From Candidatus Bathyarchaeia archaeon (GTDB taxonomy: Archaea > Thermoproteota > Bathyarchaeia > Bathyarchaeales > Bathycorpusculaceae), in assembly GCA_050012755.1 (NCBI GenBank), contig JBEKGO010000013.1, forward strand, positions 1 to 64,000: 64,000 bases of DNA, given 5' to 3'. Positions 28,790-40,024 of this stretch are shown piece after piece. The notes under the pieces are model-generated. The model was not told where the DNA came from and searched no databases. It saw only the letters and a list, made by a program, of their open reading frames with translations. The position numbers and the translations under genes were made by a program. Every line of letters starts with the position of its first letter. The first letter of the stretch is position 1.

Positions 28790-29674
28790 ATGCCAAACAA
28801 TACCTTCTACATAGTTGATGTGTTTGCGCAAACCAAAAACTCTGGAAACCAACTTGCTGTTATAATCAACGCCAACAATCTATCAGATGATGAAATGCAA
28901 AAACTCGCAAATGAGATGCATTTCTCTGAAACAGCTTTTATCCTCTCCGACAAACCGAAGGTTAACGGGTATGACGTTCGCATTTTCACTCCTTCGATTG
29001 AGGTGCCGTTTGCTGGTCACCCTACACTTGGAACGGCTTACGTAATCAAGCACTTTATAACTAAAGTACCAACTCAAGAAATAACGCTAAATCTGAAAGT
29101 AGGCCAAATCAAAGTAACGTGTGAAAACGGACCGAACAATCAAGAAATTTTTTGGATGCAACAAATACAACCCGTATTTAGCCAAAAATTTTCGATAGAT
29201 TTCTTCAAGAATCTCTTAGGGCTTGAACCCTCAGATTTTGACCCTAATTATCCCATTCAAGAAGTATCTACAGGCTTGCCCTTCATCATCACTCCGTTAA
29301 AAACTCTTAATTCAGTAAAAAAAGCAAGGATTAACCAAAAACTGCTATCTGAACTAACTAAAAAAACGCAATCAGGAATCCTCATCTTCAATCCTCAAAC
29401 TTACCACAAAGAAAACAACCTTAATGTGAGGGTTTTCGTTGACGAGTTTGGAATACCCGAAGATCCAGCAACCGGTTCAGGCAATGGGTGCCTAGCTGCC
29501 TACCTCTCACACTACCAATATTTTGGTTCACCACAAATTGATATTAAAGTTGAACAAGGGTTCGAAATAAGAAGACCTTCAATACTGCACCTTAAAACAA
29601 GAAAGATAGGAGAAAACATTGATGTGTATGTCGGTGGAAGGGTTTTCCCAATAGCAAAAGGTAAATTGCTTTGA
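28790..29674 (+). CDS. PhzF family isomerase
   Basis: VDVF...GNQLAV, FSETAF, EVPFAGHPTLG, EDPATGSGNG. Confidence 0.93.
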   Translation: MPNNTFYIVDVFAQTKNSGNQLAVIINANNLSDDEMQKLANEMHFSETAFILSDKPKVNGYDVRIFTPSIEVPFAGHPTLGTAYVIKHFITKVPTQEITLNLKVGQIKVTCENGPNNQEIFWMQQIQPVFSQKFSIDFFKNLLGLEPSDFDPNYPIQEVSTGLPFIITPLKTLNSVKKARINQKLLSELTKKTQSGILIFNPQTYHKENNLNVRVFVDEFGIPEDPATGSGNGCLAAYLSHYQYFGSPQIDIKVEQGFEIRRPSILHLKTRKIGENIDVYVGGRVFPIAKGKLL

Positions 29675-29734
29675 GATTAAAAACTCAAATAATTCCAATG
29701 AATAATTTACGTTTGAAATTGAGGATCAAAACAG

Positions 29735-30859
29735 TTGAAGCGAGTTAACGCAATAACCTTCCTAAACTACTTTGTCTCAGGATCGCTCACACTAATAATT
29801 CCTCTTCTGTTATTGGCGCATAACGTGAACATAGCTGACATCGGCATTGTGCTTTCAATTTTACCTTTGGTTTTTCTTATAGCTCGTCTCTTCTTTGCAG
29901 CCATAGCAGACTATGTCGGCTGGTCCCATGTTTTTTTATTAATCAATTGGCCATCAACCTTCCTATCGTGCAGTATATACTATTTCGCCTCATCACTACC
30001 TGCCTTTGCTTTAGGCAAATTCGTTGAGAGCCTAAGAGAATCATCATACTGGGCTGTAAGTCGTACGGCAATTTATCACTTGTCGCCGAAAAAGGCGGGA
30101 AATGAAGCAACAAAAAATAACGCTACAATTTGGTTAGCGACTGCTTTCGGTGGCGGAGCAGCTGGCATAGGTATCGCATCTTTAGGATTCAATTCCACGA
30201 TTGCAGTTCTAGCAATTGTCTCAACGACAATTGGCATCCCAGCTTTCATGTTATGGAAAAGCAGCGCCACAATCCCAATCCCTAAAACAACACATATTCT
30301 AGCTCCCCTCAACCCAAAAGGAAGAACTAGAACTTTTTGGTTAGTATCAATAGCAATAATGTTTAACAGCTTAGCAATTTATCCCCTAACTACCCTGTTA
30401 CTCCCCGCTTTTATGAATCAACAGTTAGCATACAGTTACATAACAATAGGAGTTCTGTTCATGTTCTATAACGCCATATCGGCAATAACAACCTATCTTA
30501 CAGTAAAATACTCCTTGAATTTCGCACGAGCCGCAATCCTAACAGTAATCAGCATCACAGCCTCTGTCTTTTTAGGCTCGTCAACATTTTTCATCGCTTG
30601 CCTTTTGGCACTAGCATTTGTTCGGGGATATGGCATCGGCTTCTTTGAACACACTGTCCTCAAAGTCGCAAAAGGCAGCAAAAATATTTCTGTCGATATA
30701 GGTTTGTTGCATGCGCCTATGAGAATAGCAGAATTTTCGTCAATGATATCAGCGGGATTTCTGGTTCAATATCTAGGTTACACTCCAATATTTCTGGCAA
30801 CAGGCATCTTCTTTGGAGTATACTGCTTCCTATCACTATTCATTTTGAAATACAAATAG
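29735..30859 (+). CDS. MFS transporter
   Basis: About 12 TM helices; ADYVGW motif-A-like loop. Confidence 0.75.
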   Translation: MKRVNAITFLNYFVSGSLTLIIPLLLLAHNVNIADIGIVLSILPLVFLIARLFFAAIADYVGWSHVFLLINWPSTFLSCSIYYFASSLPAFALGKFVESLRESSYWAVSRTAIYHLSPKKAGNEATKNNATIWLATAFGGGAAGIGIASLGFNSTIAVLAIVSTTIGIPAFMLWKSSATIPIPKTTHILAPLNPKGRTRTFWLVSIAIMFNSLAIYPLTTLLLPAFMNQQLAYSYITIGVLFMFYNAISAITTYLTVKYSLNFARAAILTVISITASVFLGSSTFFIACLLALAFVRGYGIGFFEHTVLKVAKGSKNISVDIGLLHAPMRIAEFSSMISAGFLVQYLGYTPIFLATGIFFGVYCFLSLFILKYK

Positions 30860-30889
30860 GCGTTAATCGGGTAAAGCATAAAGCTAACT

Positions 30890-31270
30890 TTGATGTTATC
30901 TAAAAATATCATGACAAAATTCGTATGGCATTCTCTCCTAAAATGGGAGATAAAACTAAACATTATCATCTGGGTAGCTAACTGCTTGATATTCATCTTG
31001 TTAACTTTGTTAGATCATAATATTTCATTATTGACAACATATTTCTCCAAAGCCTCATTTCTCGAAACTGGCATCGCTTTCTTAGTGGGTGGCATACTTG
31101 TTTTCTCAAGCTCTGCTTTGACAAGCAAAGCTAGGGAATACATTTCAAAATCAGAAGAGCACTGGTCAATCGACACACTAAAGATAGGCGAAAAGAGAGC
31201 TAACAAGTATCTGCTACTGGCAATAATCCTCTTTATCGAATCTATAATAATCTCAATTTTGGGATACTAA
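30890..31270 (+). CDS. Small 3-TM membrane protein
   Basis: Three hydrophobic segments. Confidence 0.6.
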   Translation: MMLSKNIMTKFVWHSLLKWEIKLNIIIWVANCLIFILLTLLDHNISLLTTYFSKASFLETGIAFLVGGILVFSSSALTSKAREYISKSEEHWSIDTLKIGEKRANKYLLLAIILFIESIIISILGY

Positions 31271-31332
31271 AAACAACAAATATCGAACAGTTAATTAGCA
31301 AGCAAGATAAACCTGAAATCAGGGACAGAAAA

Positions 31333-32265
31333 ATGAAGCAATCCTTTGGTCGTATTTTATTACCGATAGATGGGTCTTCGCAGTCTGAAGTCGCAGTCAA
31401 TATGGCTCTCACAGTTGCAAAACTTTTTAGTTCAAAGGTAGCGGTAATGCACGTCGTTCCAAACCAACTGTTCACTCTTCCCAGCCGGATTTACGTTTCA
31501 AGAGATAGTTTTGTACCTATAAGTACTGCGACCGGACAGTTTCCAAGGACGTTAATTGTTCCTGAGACTAAGGAGTATTTGGTTCCTGATGAAGTTGTCA
31601 ACGAAGCGACCGCTAGCTATGTGGAGAACGGCGAAGATCTACTTTCTGAGACTGCTGCCTTGTTTGCGAAGGAAGGCATAACTGTAGAACAGAAACTTGA
31701 AAAACAAAACGATATAGCTGATACAATAATTGGGGAAACAGTAACTGGGAATTATGATTGCGTTATCATGGGTAATAGTGGCAACGAAGAAGATGAATCT
31801 GATCTGCATCTTGGAAGCGTGGCAGCAAGAGTATCAGCAAGCAATTTAACAAATATTATGGTAACTCGGAAGAAAGCTGATTTGAAAAGTATCTTGCTTG
31901 CAGTTGATGGCACTGAAAAGGACGAAAGAGCGATTGAGCAGACACACGTTTTAGCTAAAGCGGCTAAATCGAAAGTGGTGCTCCTACATGTTCAAGAGAA
32001 ATCTCTCTCAAGGTTTGGATCCAAAATTGGAGATTTTGGCCTTCAGATTCCCAAGCGTACAGCAAGTATGCTCCCTGAGATTGAACTTGATCAGAAATTG
32101 ATGTTCGGTGATCCTGCTAATTCAATAATTAATGCAGCGAAACAAGCTAACGTTGATCTTATCATTTTGAGTAGGGGTGGTCATGGAAGACTCAGTAGCC
32201 TTCTTGGAAGCGTAAGCGATCATGTTTTACGCCATGCGACCGTGAATGTGCTTATCGTCAAATAA
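31333..32265 (+). CDS. Tandem universal stress protein
   Basis: RILLPIDGS...MGNSG...LGSVA and ILLAVDG...SRGG...LGSVSDHVLRHA. Confidence 0.9.
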   Translation: MKQSFGRILLPIDGSSQSEVAVNMALTVAKLFSSKVAVMHVVPNQLFTLPSRIYVSRDSFVPISTATGQFPRTLIVPETKEYLVPDEVVNEATASYVENGEDLLSETAALFAKEGITVEQKLEKQNDIADTIIGETVTGNYDCVIMGNSGNEEDESDLHLGSVAARVSASNLTNIMVTRKKADLKSILLAVDGTEKDERAIEQTHVLAKAAKSKVVLLHVQEKSLSRFGSKIGDFGLQIPKRTASMLPEIELDQKLMFGDPANSIINAAKQANVDLIILSRGGHGRLSSLLGSVSDHVLRHATVNVLIVK

Positions 32266-32368
32266 TTCGCTCATTTTTAAGCGAGAATCGCTTCGGGTTT
32301 GGAAAAAATATCCCTAAAAATACAAAAAACCGTAAATTACAAAATTACAAAAAAAGAAAAAGAGGAAA

Positions 32369-34609
32369 TTATTGTTTTTTGGGTTTACGACTTCTAAGAG
32401 CTAAGACTACAACGACTATTACGATAAGGACTACAACAACAGCTATCACAAGTAGTAATGTCGAGTTGCTCAAAACTGAAGACGAAGCACTAACATTGGC
32501 GCTCTGGAGGTATGTGTATACTGGTGTACCTGTCGAGTTATCCATCAGATAATAATAGTATGTTCCAGCAGAAGTTGGATTTGTTGCGAAGCTGAAGAAT
32601 CCGTTTGTATCGGTATCAGTGTGCGAGACCGCAGTTAGTGAGCTAGTAGAATTGGTTGTTGATTGCATTAAATAGACAGTCGTGCTTGCCAATGGGTTTC
32701 CGCTTGTGTCATTTAAGGTACCTTGCAAGTTTACTACACCAGCACTGTTTATTGTCGGTGGAGAATAGCCTGCTAACTCTAGGTAATGTCTAGCTTGCGA
32801 GAGATCATATGGTCTTGCTGTTATCGAATTGTCATAGTAAGGCTGTGTAGGCAACATTGGAGTGGCACCAGCAGTTCCGTAGCCTGCAAGGAGATTCTTT
32901 ATGATCAACTGGCGTGGTACTGCGTAATCAAAAGCGATGCGAATATCCGTGGCTGCCTGAGCTGCTTGAGATGAATCAGATTTGCCTAGTGGAGTGTCAA
33001 TGCCTGTGCCAAAGATTGGACTCTGCATGTTGTATCCAAATTCCTGCCTGCCCACCCCATTCAAATTGATAACTTTGCCCCAAGATGATTGTACCGAAGG
33101 AATATCTGTCTGCATCTGGTAGTTGTAGTCGAGCATATCAACTTCGCCATTCTTCAAAGCAGCTAAAGCGGATGTTCCGTCAGCAATGAACCGAATGTAG
33201 TAGTCTTTGATTTGGAAACGACCCATGCTCTCCAATCCAGTGGCGTTCCAGTAGTTGTCATATTTCTGAAGATGGACAACTTGAGCTACTGGATCATAGC
33301 TCACCCATTTGTATGGTCCTGTGCCAACTGGGCCAGTATATTTTATGCCGTTTATGGTTATTGATCCTGTGCCCGTATTAAATGGTGAAGTTGACCAGTC
33401 TGCTGGAGCAATGTTTTCGAAGATGTGCATTGGTATAACGGCGGGTCCGGTAATTATTTCGGGTTCCATGTATCCGTAAGGCTTTCCATTAGTCAAAACT
33501 GGAAGAGTCGCTACAACTGTGTACTTATTGGTTGCGGTTATGGTGCCCATTCTGCTGCCGCTGCCTTCTGTAACAGATGTGCCGTTGGAATATGTGAATT
33601 TAACGTTGTCTCCAAAGGCGCTTTGATAGAAACCTACAAATTGACTACCCGCATCTGGATTCATGTAAGCCCAAAGTGTAAACAGAACGTCATCAGCTGT
33701 GAAGGGCGCGCCATCTTGCCATGTTACGTTTTGTCTGCAGTTGAATGTCCAAGTGAATCCGTCTGCACTGTGGCTCCAAGAAGTTAGCAAAGCTGGGGTC
33801 TCAAGGTCACTAAGCCCATTTAATGTAGGCCAAGTATTTGCCAAACCATCAAACATCGCGTAGTACACAATTACGTCGTACCAGCTGTCTGATTCGGGTG
33901 GGTTGATAGCGTCAATTGATCCTGTGGAGCAGTAGGTAATCTGACTTTTGCCATCGCTGCGAGTAAGCAATTGCGGGTAAGGTCCCACGTTAAAGTAGAG
34001 CCATCCTTCTCCTCCTCCAGTTGCAGGTGTATACAAGTTGCCTATTGCCGGATTGACAACTACGGGTGCTTGTTGATACACTATTTGTGATGCGGGCACT
34101 TGGTTGTAATAGAGCTGTTGCCATTGGGTGAGAGCGCTTGCTCGGTCACTGTCGCTTGTCGAGGTGATAAATTGGTCTAGTAGGGTATTGGATTGAGTAT
34201 TGTTCCATAGATAGTAGTTTTGTCCAGTCGGAGCAAAGAATGCTGAGTCGCCTCCATAGTAAAGTGGGCGCGGGTCAGGAATTAATCCTGGTGTCCATCC
34301 AAGAGCTAAGATATCATATCCTCCTTGGTCATAGGTTTTGCCCACCATGTCAGAACTTGGTGTTAATGCGCGGTCATATACACTTGTCCAGCCAAGATAA
34401 ACAACTTGAGCGTTAATGCCCAATTGTTGCAGGTTGCTTGCGAAGACTTGGGACCATTGTCGCCTCAGAAGATTAGCATTGCCAGGTGCAATTATAGTTA
34501 CGTTAAACAAGTTTGTGTGCTGCGCTTTTACTCCCACAAGAGGTGCCATCATAGAAGCCGTCAAAGCGAAAATAAGAATCATCGTTATGATTTTTTTATT
34601 TATGCCCAT
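32369..34609 (-). CDS. Family 5 ABC substrate-binding protein with C-terminal beta domain and TM anchor
   Basis: Signal peptide, WQDGAPFTADDVLFT, PVGTGPYK, IRIAFDYAVPR; C-terminal TM followed by RSRKPKK. Confidence 0.9.
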   Translation of the reverse strand: MGINKKIITMILIFALTASMMAPLVGVKAQHTNLFNVTIIAPGNANLLRRQWSQVFASNLQQLGINAQVVYLGWTSVYDRALTPSSDMVGKTYDQGGYDILALGWTPGLIPDPRPLYYGGDSAFFAPTGQNYYLWNNTQSNTLLDQFITSTSDSDRASALTQWQQLYYNQVPASQIVYQQAPVVVNPAIGNLYTPATGGGEGWLYFNVGPYPQLLTRSDGKSQITYCSTGSIDAINPPESDSWYDVIVYYAMFDGLANTWPTLNGLSDLETPALLTSWSHSADGFTWTFNCRQNVTWQDGAPFTADDVLFTLWAYMNPDAGSQFVGFYQSAFGDNVKFTYSNGTSVTEGSGSRMGTITATNKYTVVATLPVLTNGKPYGYMEPEIITGPAVIPMHIFENIAPADWSTSPFNTGTGSITINGIKYTGPVGTGPYKWVSYDPVAQVVHLQKYDNYWNATGLESMGRFQIKDYYIRFIADGTSALAALKNGEVDMLDYNYQMQTDIPSVQSSWGKVINLNGVGRQEFGYNMQSPIFGTGIDTPLGKSDSSQAAQAATDIRIAFDYAVPRQLIIKNLLAGYGTAGATPMLPTQPYYDNSITARPYDLSQARHYLELAGYSPPTINSAGVVNLQGTLNDTSGNPLASTTVYLMQSTTNSTSSLTAVSHTDTDTNGFFSFATNPTSAGTYYYYLMDNSTGTPVYTYLQSANVSASSSVLSNSTLLLVIAVVVVLIVIVVVVLALRSRKPKKQ

Positions 34610-34696
34610 ATGCTATTTACCCCTAAATCGGTGCTCTTCCTTTTGATACTAATATGTATATTAAATTTGCTATAGTCCTAAAAAATGGTCCATGCC

Positions 34697-34737
34697 TGAA
34701 TGATTAATAAACAGTTCTCATAATAAGGCATCATTCA
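34697..34737. promoter_or_regulatory. Inverted repeat in the divergent promoter region (possible operator)
   Basis: TGAATGAT-N25-ATCATTCA between the divergent binding-protein and permease genes. Confidence 0.3.
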
Positions 34738-34791
34738 AAAAAGGTTTTAAGTACAAACAACACCGATAGAGTAAGTAAAGCGAGGCTCCGG

Positions 34792-35793
34792 ATGCTACGA
34801 AAGCTAAGAACACTTGCTCAAAGCTCGATATTTAGATACATAGTCAGAAGGCTGCTTTACATGATTCCCGTTGCACTGGGAATTTCAATAATAGCTTTCA
34901 TAACGATGTACGCTGCTGGAGACCCAATTTCCCTTATTAAAATGGGCAAGCCAAACATTAATGCAGCGACACTGAACGGCCTGAAGGCTTATTATGGATT
35001 AGATAAGCCAATACCAATTCAATACTTGAAGTGGCTAACAAACATCCTGCAATTAAATTTTGGTAAATCACTTTATGGTGGAGGCCCCGTGAATTCCTTA
35101 ATTGGACCAGAGATTTGGCCAACTATAGAACTTCAAGTTATTTCACTCATAATCGCATTTGCAATTTCAATACCAATTGCAGTACGCTCAGCAAGAAAAC
35201 CATATTCTAAACAAGATCTAACAGTAACATCATTCTCCTTATTCGGAGTTTCAATGCCAACCTTCTGGTTTGGACTCATACTAATCATTGTATTTTCATT
35301 TAGCCTAGGTTGGCTACCTTCTGCAGGAGCCAAAGGCGCCGCCGGATTTTTATGGTGGGGCAACCCGGCGCTTGATGTAATTGCACATTTCATTTTGCCT
35401 GTGACGGTGCTTGTTTATGTTTCACTAGCTCAGAACATACGCCTGATTAGAGCAAACATGCTAGAAGTTTTGAGGTCTGACTATATTCTTGCAGCAAGGG
35501 CAAGCGGCATTAGCGACAGAAAAGTTGTCTATAGGTACGCGCTTAGAAACGCAATTACACCTGCTGTTACGTTCCTCGCATTGGCGTTAGGAACCATGTT
35601 GGCTGGTGCTCCGATGACCGAGTACGTGTTCAGTTGGCCAGGCCTCGGGCGCCAATATGTATCGTCGACCCTTGGTTTAGACTTTCCAACAATTATGGCA
35701 ATAACGATGTTAATCACAGTCATGACGCTACTAGCCAATCTCATAATGGACATTCTTTACGTTTACATTGATCCCAGAGTTAGGATTAGGTAG
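34792..35793 (+). CDS. Peptide ABC permease (OppB type)
   Basis: YGLDKPIPIQY, DYILAARASG, EYVFSWPGLG, IDPRVR. Confidence 0.93.
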   Translation: MLRKLRTLAQSSIFRYIVRRLLYMIPVALGISIIAFITMYAAGDPISLIKMGKPNINAATLNGLKAYYGLDKPIPIQYLKWLTNILQLNFGKSLYGGGPVNSLIGPEIWPTIELQVISLIIAFAISIPIAVRSARKPYSKQDLTVTSFSLFGVSMPTFWFGLILIIVFSFSLGWLPSAGAKGAAGFLWWGNPALDVIAHFILPVTVLVYVSLAQNIRLIRANMLEVLRSDYILAARASGISDRKVVYRYALRNAITPAVTFLALALGTMLAGAPMTEYVFSWPGLGRQYVSSTLGLDFPTIMAITMLITVMTLLANLIMDILYVYIDPRVRIR

Positions 35794-35798
35794 ATTAT

Positions 35799-36755
35799 AT
35801 GAATCCAGAAAATAATAAATCAAATTCAGTAGTCAAGCGAAGATCAGCTAGCCAATGGGCAGTCGCATGGCGAAGGTTCAGAAGAAACAAGGCAGGCGTA
35901 TTTGGCCTAATTATTGTCCTCGCCGTTGTATTCCTCGGAATTTTTGGGGATTTTTTAGCACCTTACCCGGCTTTTCCTAATCCTAAAGCATTAACTCCAT
36001 TCTATAATGGTGACGTTCGAACAGCGCCAAATTCACATTATCTTTTAGGAACAGATGTTCTGGGAACTGATGTTTTAAGCGATATCCTTCACGGGACAAA
36101 ATATGCGCTTTATGTCGGTGTAGTTGTTACTCTAATAACAATGGCAATTGCCATTGCCGTAGGTGCCGTTGCAGGATATTTCGCAGGAGCGGTCGATAAT
36201 GTTCTTATGAGAATAACAGAGGTTTTTCTGGTCTTTCCATCATTGTTGTTCATTTTAATTTTTGTCAGAGTGTTTACATTAGGTGCTGGAGTAGGGACGG
36301 CAATTAATTTTCTTGGAATAAACATTCCGATAGGCTTAACCATAGTGATTCTTGTGTTGGCTATTTTTAATTGGCCGGGGGACGCTAGGATGATTAGAGG
36401 TGAATTCCTGCGAGTTCGAGAACTTGAATTTGTTGAAGCAGAAAAAGCGCTTGGCGCAAGCAATAAAAGAATAATTTTTAGACATATATTGCCAAACATT
36501 TTATCATCAATTATTGTTGTTGCAAGCCTCACAATCGCATACGCAATTCTGCTAGAAGCAGGTGTAAGTTTCCTAGGCTTTGGAGACGTCAACACGATGA
36601 CGTGGGGGCAAATACTTGAAAACAACTTTGCAGACATGAGGGTAGTCTGGTGGGCTGAAATTTTCCCAGGTCTTGCCATCCTCATAACGGTTTTCGCATT
36701 TAACCTCCTGGGAGATGGGCTATCAGACGCTTTGAACCCAAGGCTAAGAGATTGA
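35799..36755 (+). CDS. Peptide ABC permease (OppC type)
   Basis: WRRFRRNK, LLGTDVLG, EFVEAEKALGA, GDGLSDALNPR. Confidence 0.93.
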   Translation: MNPENNKSNSVVKRRSASQWAVAWRRFRRNKAGVFGLIIVLAVVFLGIFGDFLAPYPAFPNPKALTPFYNGDVRTAPNSHYLLGTDVLGTDVLSDILHGTKYALYVGVVVTLITMAIAIAVGAVAGYFAGAVDNVLMRITEVFLVFPSLLFILIFVRVFTLGAGVGTAINFLGINIPIGLTIVILVLAIFNWPGDARMIRGEFLRVRELEFVEAEKALGASNKRIIFRHILPNILSSIIVVASLTIAYAILLEAGVSFLGFGDVNTMTWGQILENNFADMRVVWWAEIFPGLAILITVFAFNLLGDGLSDALNPRLRD

Positions 36756-37765
36756 TGGAGCAACATGAAATGACAGAAGTACTACTGAAGATTGAAGCGT
36801 TAAAAACCTACTTTTTCACCGAAGCTGGAGTAGTAAAAGCAGTCGATGATGTCAGCTTTGAAGTAAGGAAAGGTGAGTCTTTGGGCTTAGTGGGCGAATC
36901 AGGATCAGGAAAAACTGTTACGGCTCTTTCAGTGCTCCAGATCGTTCCTAAACCTGGACGAATTGTAGAAGGAAAAATTGAATTCAATGGTCAAAACCTC
37001 GTGGGAAAAAGCGAAAAAGAAATGCGACCGATTCGAGGAAGCGAGATAGCTGTAATCTTTCAAGATCCCTCATCTTCATTGAATCCACTCTACAAAGTGG
37101 AAACTCAACTTAAAGATGTCCTGTTGGCTCACCAATCATTGTCCAAAGAAGAAGCCCACAAGAGAATATTGGAACTCTTGAGCTTAGTTGGCATCCCTGA
37201 TCCAGAAATCAGAATGAAAGAGTTCCCTCATCAATTTAGTGGAGGCATGAAGCAACGGGTGGCAATCGCGAGGGCTCTAGCACTTCAGCCAACTCTTCTT
37301 TTTGCAGACGAGCCAACTACGGCACTTGATGTGACAATTCAAGCTCAAGTGCTAGATCTTCTTGAAGATTTGAAGCAGAAGTTAGGTATGTCCTTGGTTA
37401 TGATCACTCATGACATGGGAATAATCGCTAAGATGACTACTCGAGTAGTTGTTTTGTATGCCGGAAATGTTTGTGAGATTGCAAAAACTGGAGACTTATA
37501 TGAGCATCCTAGACATCCATATACTGCTCTGTTGCTAGCAGCTGTGCCCCGTCTCGATAGAAAGAAAACTTTAAGCATAATCCCTGGAAACATTCCAAAC
37601 TTGATAGAACCACCTTCTGGTTGCCGTTTTCACCCCAGATGTGAATACTCAGATAGTAAATGTGAAGAGGCTCCTCCAACCCTTGAAGAAGTTGAGCCAG
37701 ACCATTTTGTCGCTTGTTATCGGTGGAAAGACATCAGTCTCAGAGGAGAGAGCATTAAACAATGA
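36752..37765 (+). CDS. Peptide ABC ATPase (OppD type)
   Basis: GESGSGKT, FSGGMKQR, ADEPTTALDVT, GCRFHPRC. Confidence 0.93.
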   Translation: MMEQHEMTEVLLKIEALKTYFFTEAGVVKAVDDVSFEVRKGESLGLVGESGSGKTVTALSVLQIVPKPGRIVEGKIEFNGQNLVGKSEKEMRPIRGSEIAVIFQDPSSSLNPLYKVETQLKDVLLAHQSLSKEEAHKRILELLSLVGIPDPEIRMKEFPHQFSGGMKQRVAIARALALQPTLLFADEPTTALDVTIQAQVLDLLEDLKQKLGMSLVMITHDMGIIAKMTTRVVVLYAGNVCEIAKTGDLYEHPRHPYTALLLAAVPRLDRKKTLSIIPGNIPNLIEPPSGCRFHPRCEYSDSKCEEAPPTLEEVEPDHFVACYRWKDISLRGESIKQ

Positions 37766-38757
37766 CTGATTCGAGCTTTCTCCAAGTTAAAAGTCTATTC
37801 AAATACTTCCCCGTTTACTCAACGGGAGTATTGACGAAGAAACAAGTGGGAAATGTGCATGCAGTCGACGATGTGTCGTTTGACATAAAAAGGCAAGAAA
37901 CTTTTGCGTTAGTTGGGGAAAGCGGATGTGGTAAGACAACAACTGCTAGAGTAATTCTCAACCTCATAGAGCCTACATCAGGCGAAGTTATTGTTGATGG
38001 CGAAAATATTTTTGAGAAATTCCGCTCGGCAGACAAAGCGGAGAAACTGAAAATTAGAAGAAAAATGCAAATGATTTTTCAAAATCCGTATGGGTCACTT
38101 GATCCAAGAATGACTGTGAGCGACATAATCTCGGAACCGTTTGTGATTCATGGGCACGTTGAGAAAGAAAAACGTTCGGACCGAATTTATGAACTTCTGA
38201 ATCTTGTAGGGTTGGAAGAATACCATGCTGAGAGGTACCCACATGAGTTTAGCGGTGGACAGAGACAAAGAATTTGTATTGCAAGAGCGCTTGCCGTTGA
38301 ACCAGAATTTATAGTTGCGGATGAACCGGTCTCATCTTTGGACGTTTCAATTCGAGCCCAAATTCTGAATTTGATGGGTAACCTGCAGAAAAGCATGGGC
38401 ATATCATACCTGTACATATCCCACGATCTAAGCTCTGTTAGACAGATTAGTCAACGAGTAGGTGTTATGTATTTGGGGCAAATTGTTGAGTTGGCAGACA
38501 CCGACGAGTTGTTTGATAATCCTCTTCATCCCTACACTCAAGCGTTAATTGAAGCCGTGCCTATACCTGACCCAAAGGCTAAAAATGTCAAAGCACGTTT
38601 AAGAGGAGAAGTCCCAAGTCCTATTACTCCCCCTCCAGGCTGCCGCTTCAACCCCAGATGCCCACTCGCAACTGAGGAGTGCAGAGAAAAGAAAACGGAA
38701 CTAACTGAAGTTAAAAAAGGGCATTTCGTATCATGCATTAAGCAAAACAAAGCTTAG
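37762..38757 (+). CDS. Peptide ABC ATPase (OppF type)
   Basis: GESGCGKTT, FSGGQRQR, ADEPVSSLDVS, GCRFNPRC. Confidence 0.93.
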   Translation: MTDSSFLQVKSLFKYFPVYSTGVLTKKQVGNVHAVDDVSFDIKRQETFALVGESGCGKTTTARVILNLIEPTSGEVIVDGENIFEKFRSADKAEKLKIRRKMQMIFQNPYGSLDPRMTVSDIISEPFVIHGHVEKEKRSDRIYELLNLVGLEEYHAERYPHEFSGGQRQRICIARALAVEPEFIVADEPVSSLDVSIRAQILNLMGNLQKSMGISYLYISHDLSSVRQISQRVGVMYLGQIVELADTDELFDNPLHPYTQALIEAVPIPDPKAKNVKARLRGEVPSPITPPPGCRFNPRCPLATEECREKKTELTEVKKGHFVSCIKQNKA

Positions 38758-38980
38758 ATATTACTTAATAGCAAACTTTGCCTCAAGACTAGTCTCTTTA
38801 TATCAGTATTACAAAAAAGACGCGTGCCTCCATCTTTTTTAATAAGAATTAGACTAAATTAAAGTATTTCTGATATAGCCGAACGAAGTCATAATTCCGA
38901 CTTTCTATAGGTTTCAGGAAAAATGTTACATGAAAAATTAATTAGCATCGCCAAACAAAGGCACTATTGAGGGAAGAAAG

Positions 38981-40024
38981 ATGCCTATCAGCGAAATTAT
39001 CGATTTAAGAAGTGACACAGTTACGTTGCCAACAGATGAAATGCTTGAAGCAATTAAACAAGCTAAGCTTGGCGACGACGTTTACGGTGAGGACCCTACC
39101 GTCAACAAGCTGCAAGAGATGGCGGCGGAGAAAATGGGAAAAGAAGCAGCTCTTCTGGTTCCAAGCGGCACCCAAGCCAACTTGACATCGGTTATGAGCA
39201 ACTGCCAAAGAGGAGAGCTTGTACTGCTTGAAGCTGAGTCTCATATTTACTGGTATGAAGTTGGAGGCATCGCTGCCATTGCGGGTTTGCTTCCATGGCT
39301 TATAAAAGCAGCCAAAGCGACTTTCGAACCTCAACAACTAGAATCAGCGCTGCGTCCAGAGAACATCCATTATCCGGTGCCTTCTTTGGTATGTGTAGAA
39401 AACACGCATAATCGCTATGGCGGAAAAATAGTTACGCCAAGTCAGCTGGAAGCAATCAGCGAGGTAGCTAAAAAGCACTCGTTAAAGGTCTATATGGATG
39501 GCGCGAGAATTTTTAACGCTGCTGTCGCCTTAAACGTTGACGTAAAAGAGTTCACTAAGCATGTTGACAACTTAATGTTTTGTTTATCTAAAGGACTAAG
39601 CTGCCCAGTCGGTTCCATAATAGTCGGCAATCGAAACTTCATTGACAGAGCGAGAAAAAACAGGAAAATATTAGGCGGTGGAATGCGTCAAGCAGGCATA
39701 ATCGCTGCTCCAGGCATAATAGCTTTAGAAAAGATGGTTGATAGGCTAAAAATAGACCATGAAAACGCAAAACTCTTGGCGGAAAAACTCACCAAAATTA
39801 GCAGAATCCACATTGACTTAGAAAATGTTCAGACTAACATGGTTACTTTTGACCTTGACCTTTCGGTAGACTGCGATGCCTTTCTCCAAAAACTTAAGGA
39901 AAGCGGTGTCTTAGCTTTGGCTCAAGCGAAAAACAGAGTCCGTATGGTTACACATCGGGGAATAGAAAGAGAACATATTGAAACTGCAGCAGCTACAATT
40001 GATAGAATCCTAAATAGAAATTAG
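38981..40024 (+). CDS. ltaE: Low-specificity L-threonine aldolase
   Basis: IDLRSDTVT, GDDVYGEDPTV, ENTHN, MDGARIFNA, CLSKGL, GGGMRQAG. Confidence 0.95.
   Translation: MPISEIIDLRSDTVTLPTDEMLEAIKQAKLGDDVYGEDPTVNKLQEMAAEKMGKEAALLVPSGTQANLTSVMSNCQRGELVLLEAESHIYWYEVGGIAAIAGLLPWLIKAAKATFEPQQLESALRPENIHYPVPSLVCVENTHNRYGGKIVTPSQLEAISEVAKKHSLKVYMDGARIFNAAVALNVDVKEFTKHVDNLMFCLSKGLSCPVGSIIVGNRNFIDRARKNRKILGGGMRQAGIIAAPGIIALEKMVDRLKIDHENAKLLAEKLTKISRIHIDLENVQTNMVTFDLDLSVDCDAFLQKLKESGVLALAQAKNRVRMVTHRGIEREHIETAAATIDRILNRN

Noticed and set aside
36110-36766. Long antisense ORF of 218 aa (and similar shadow ORFs throughout)
   Set aside because: Antisense to well-supported genes; explained by codon bias.
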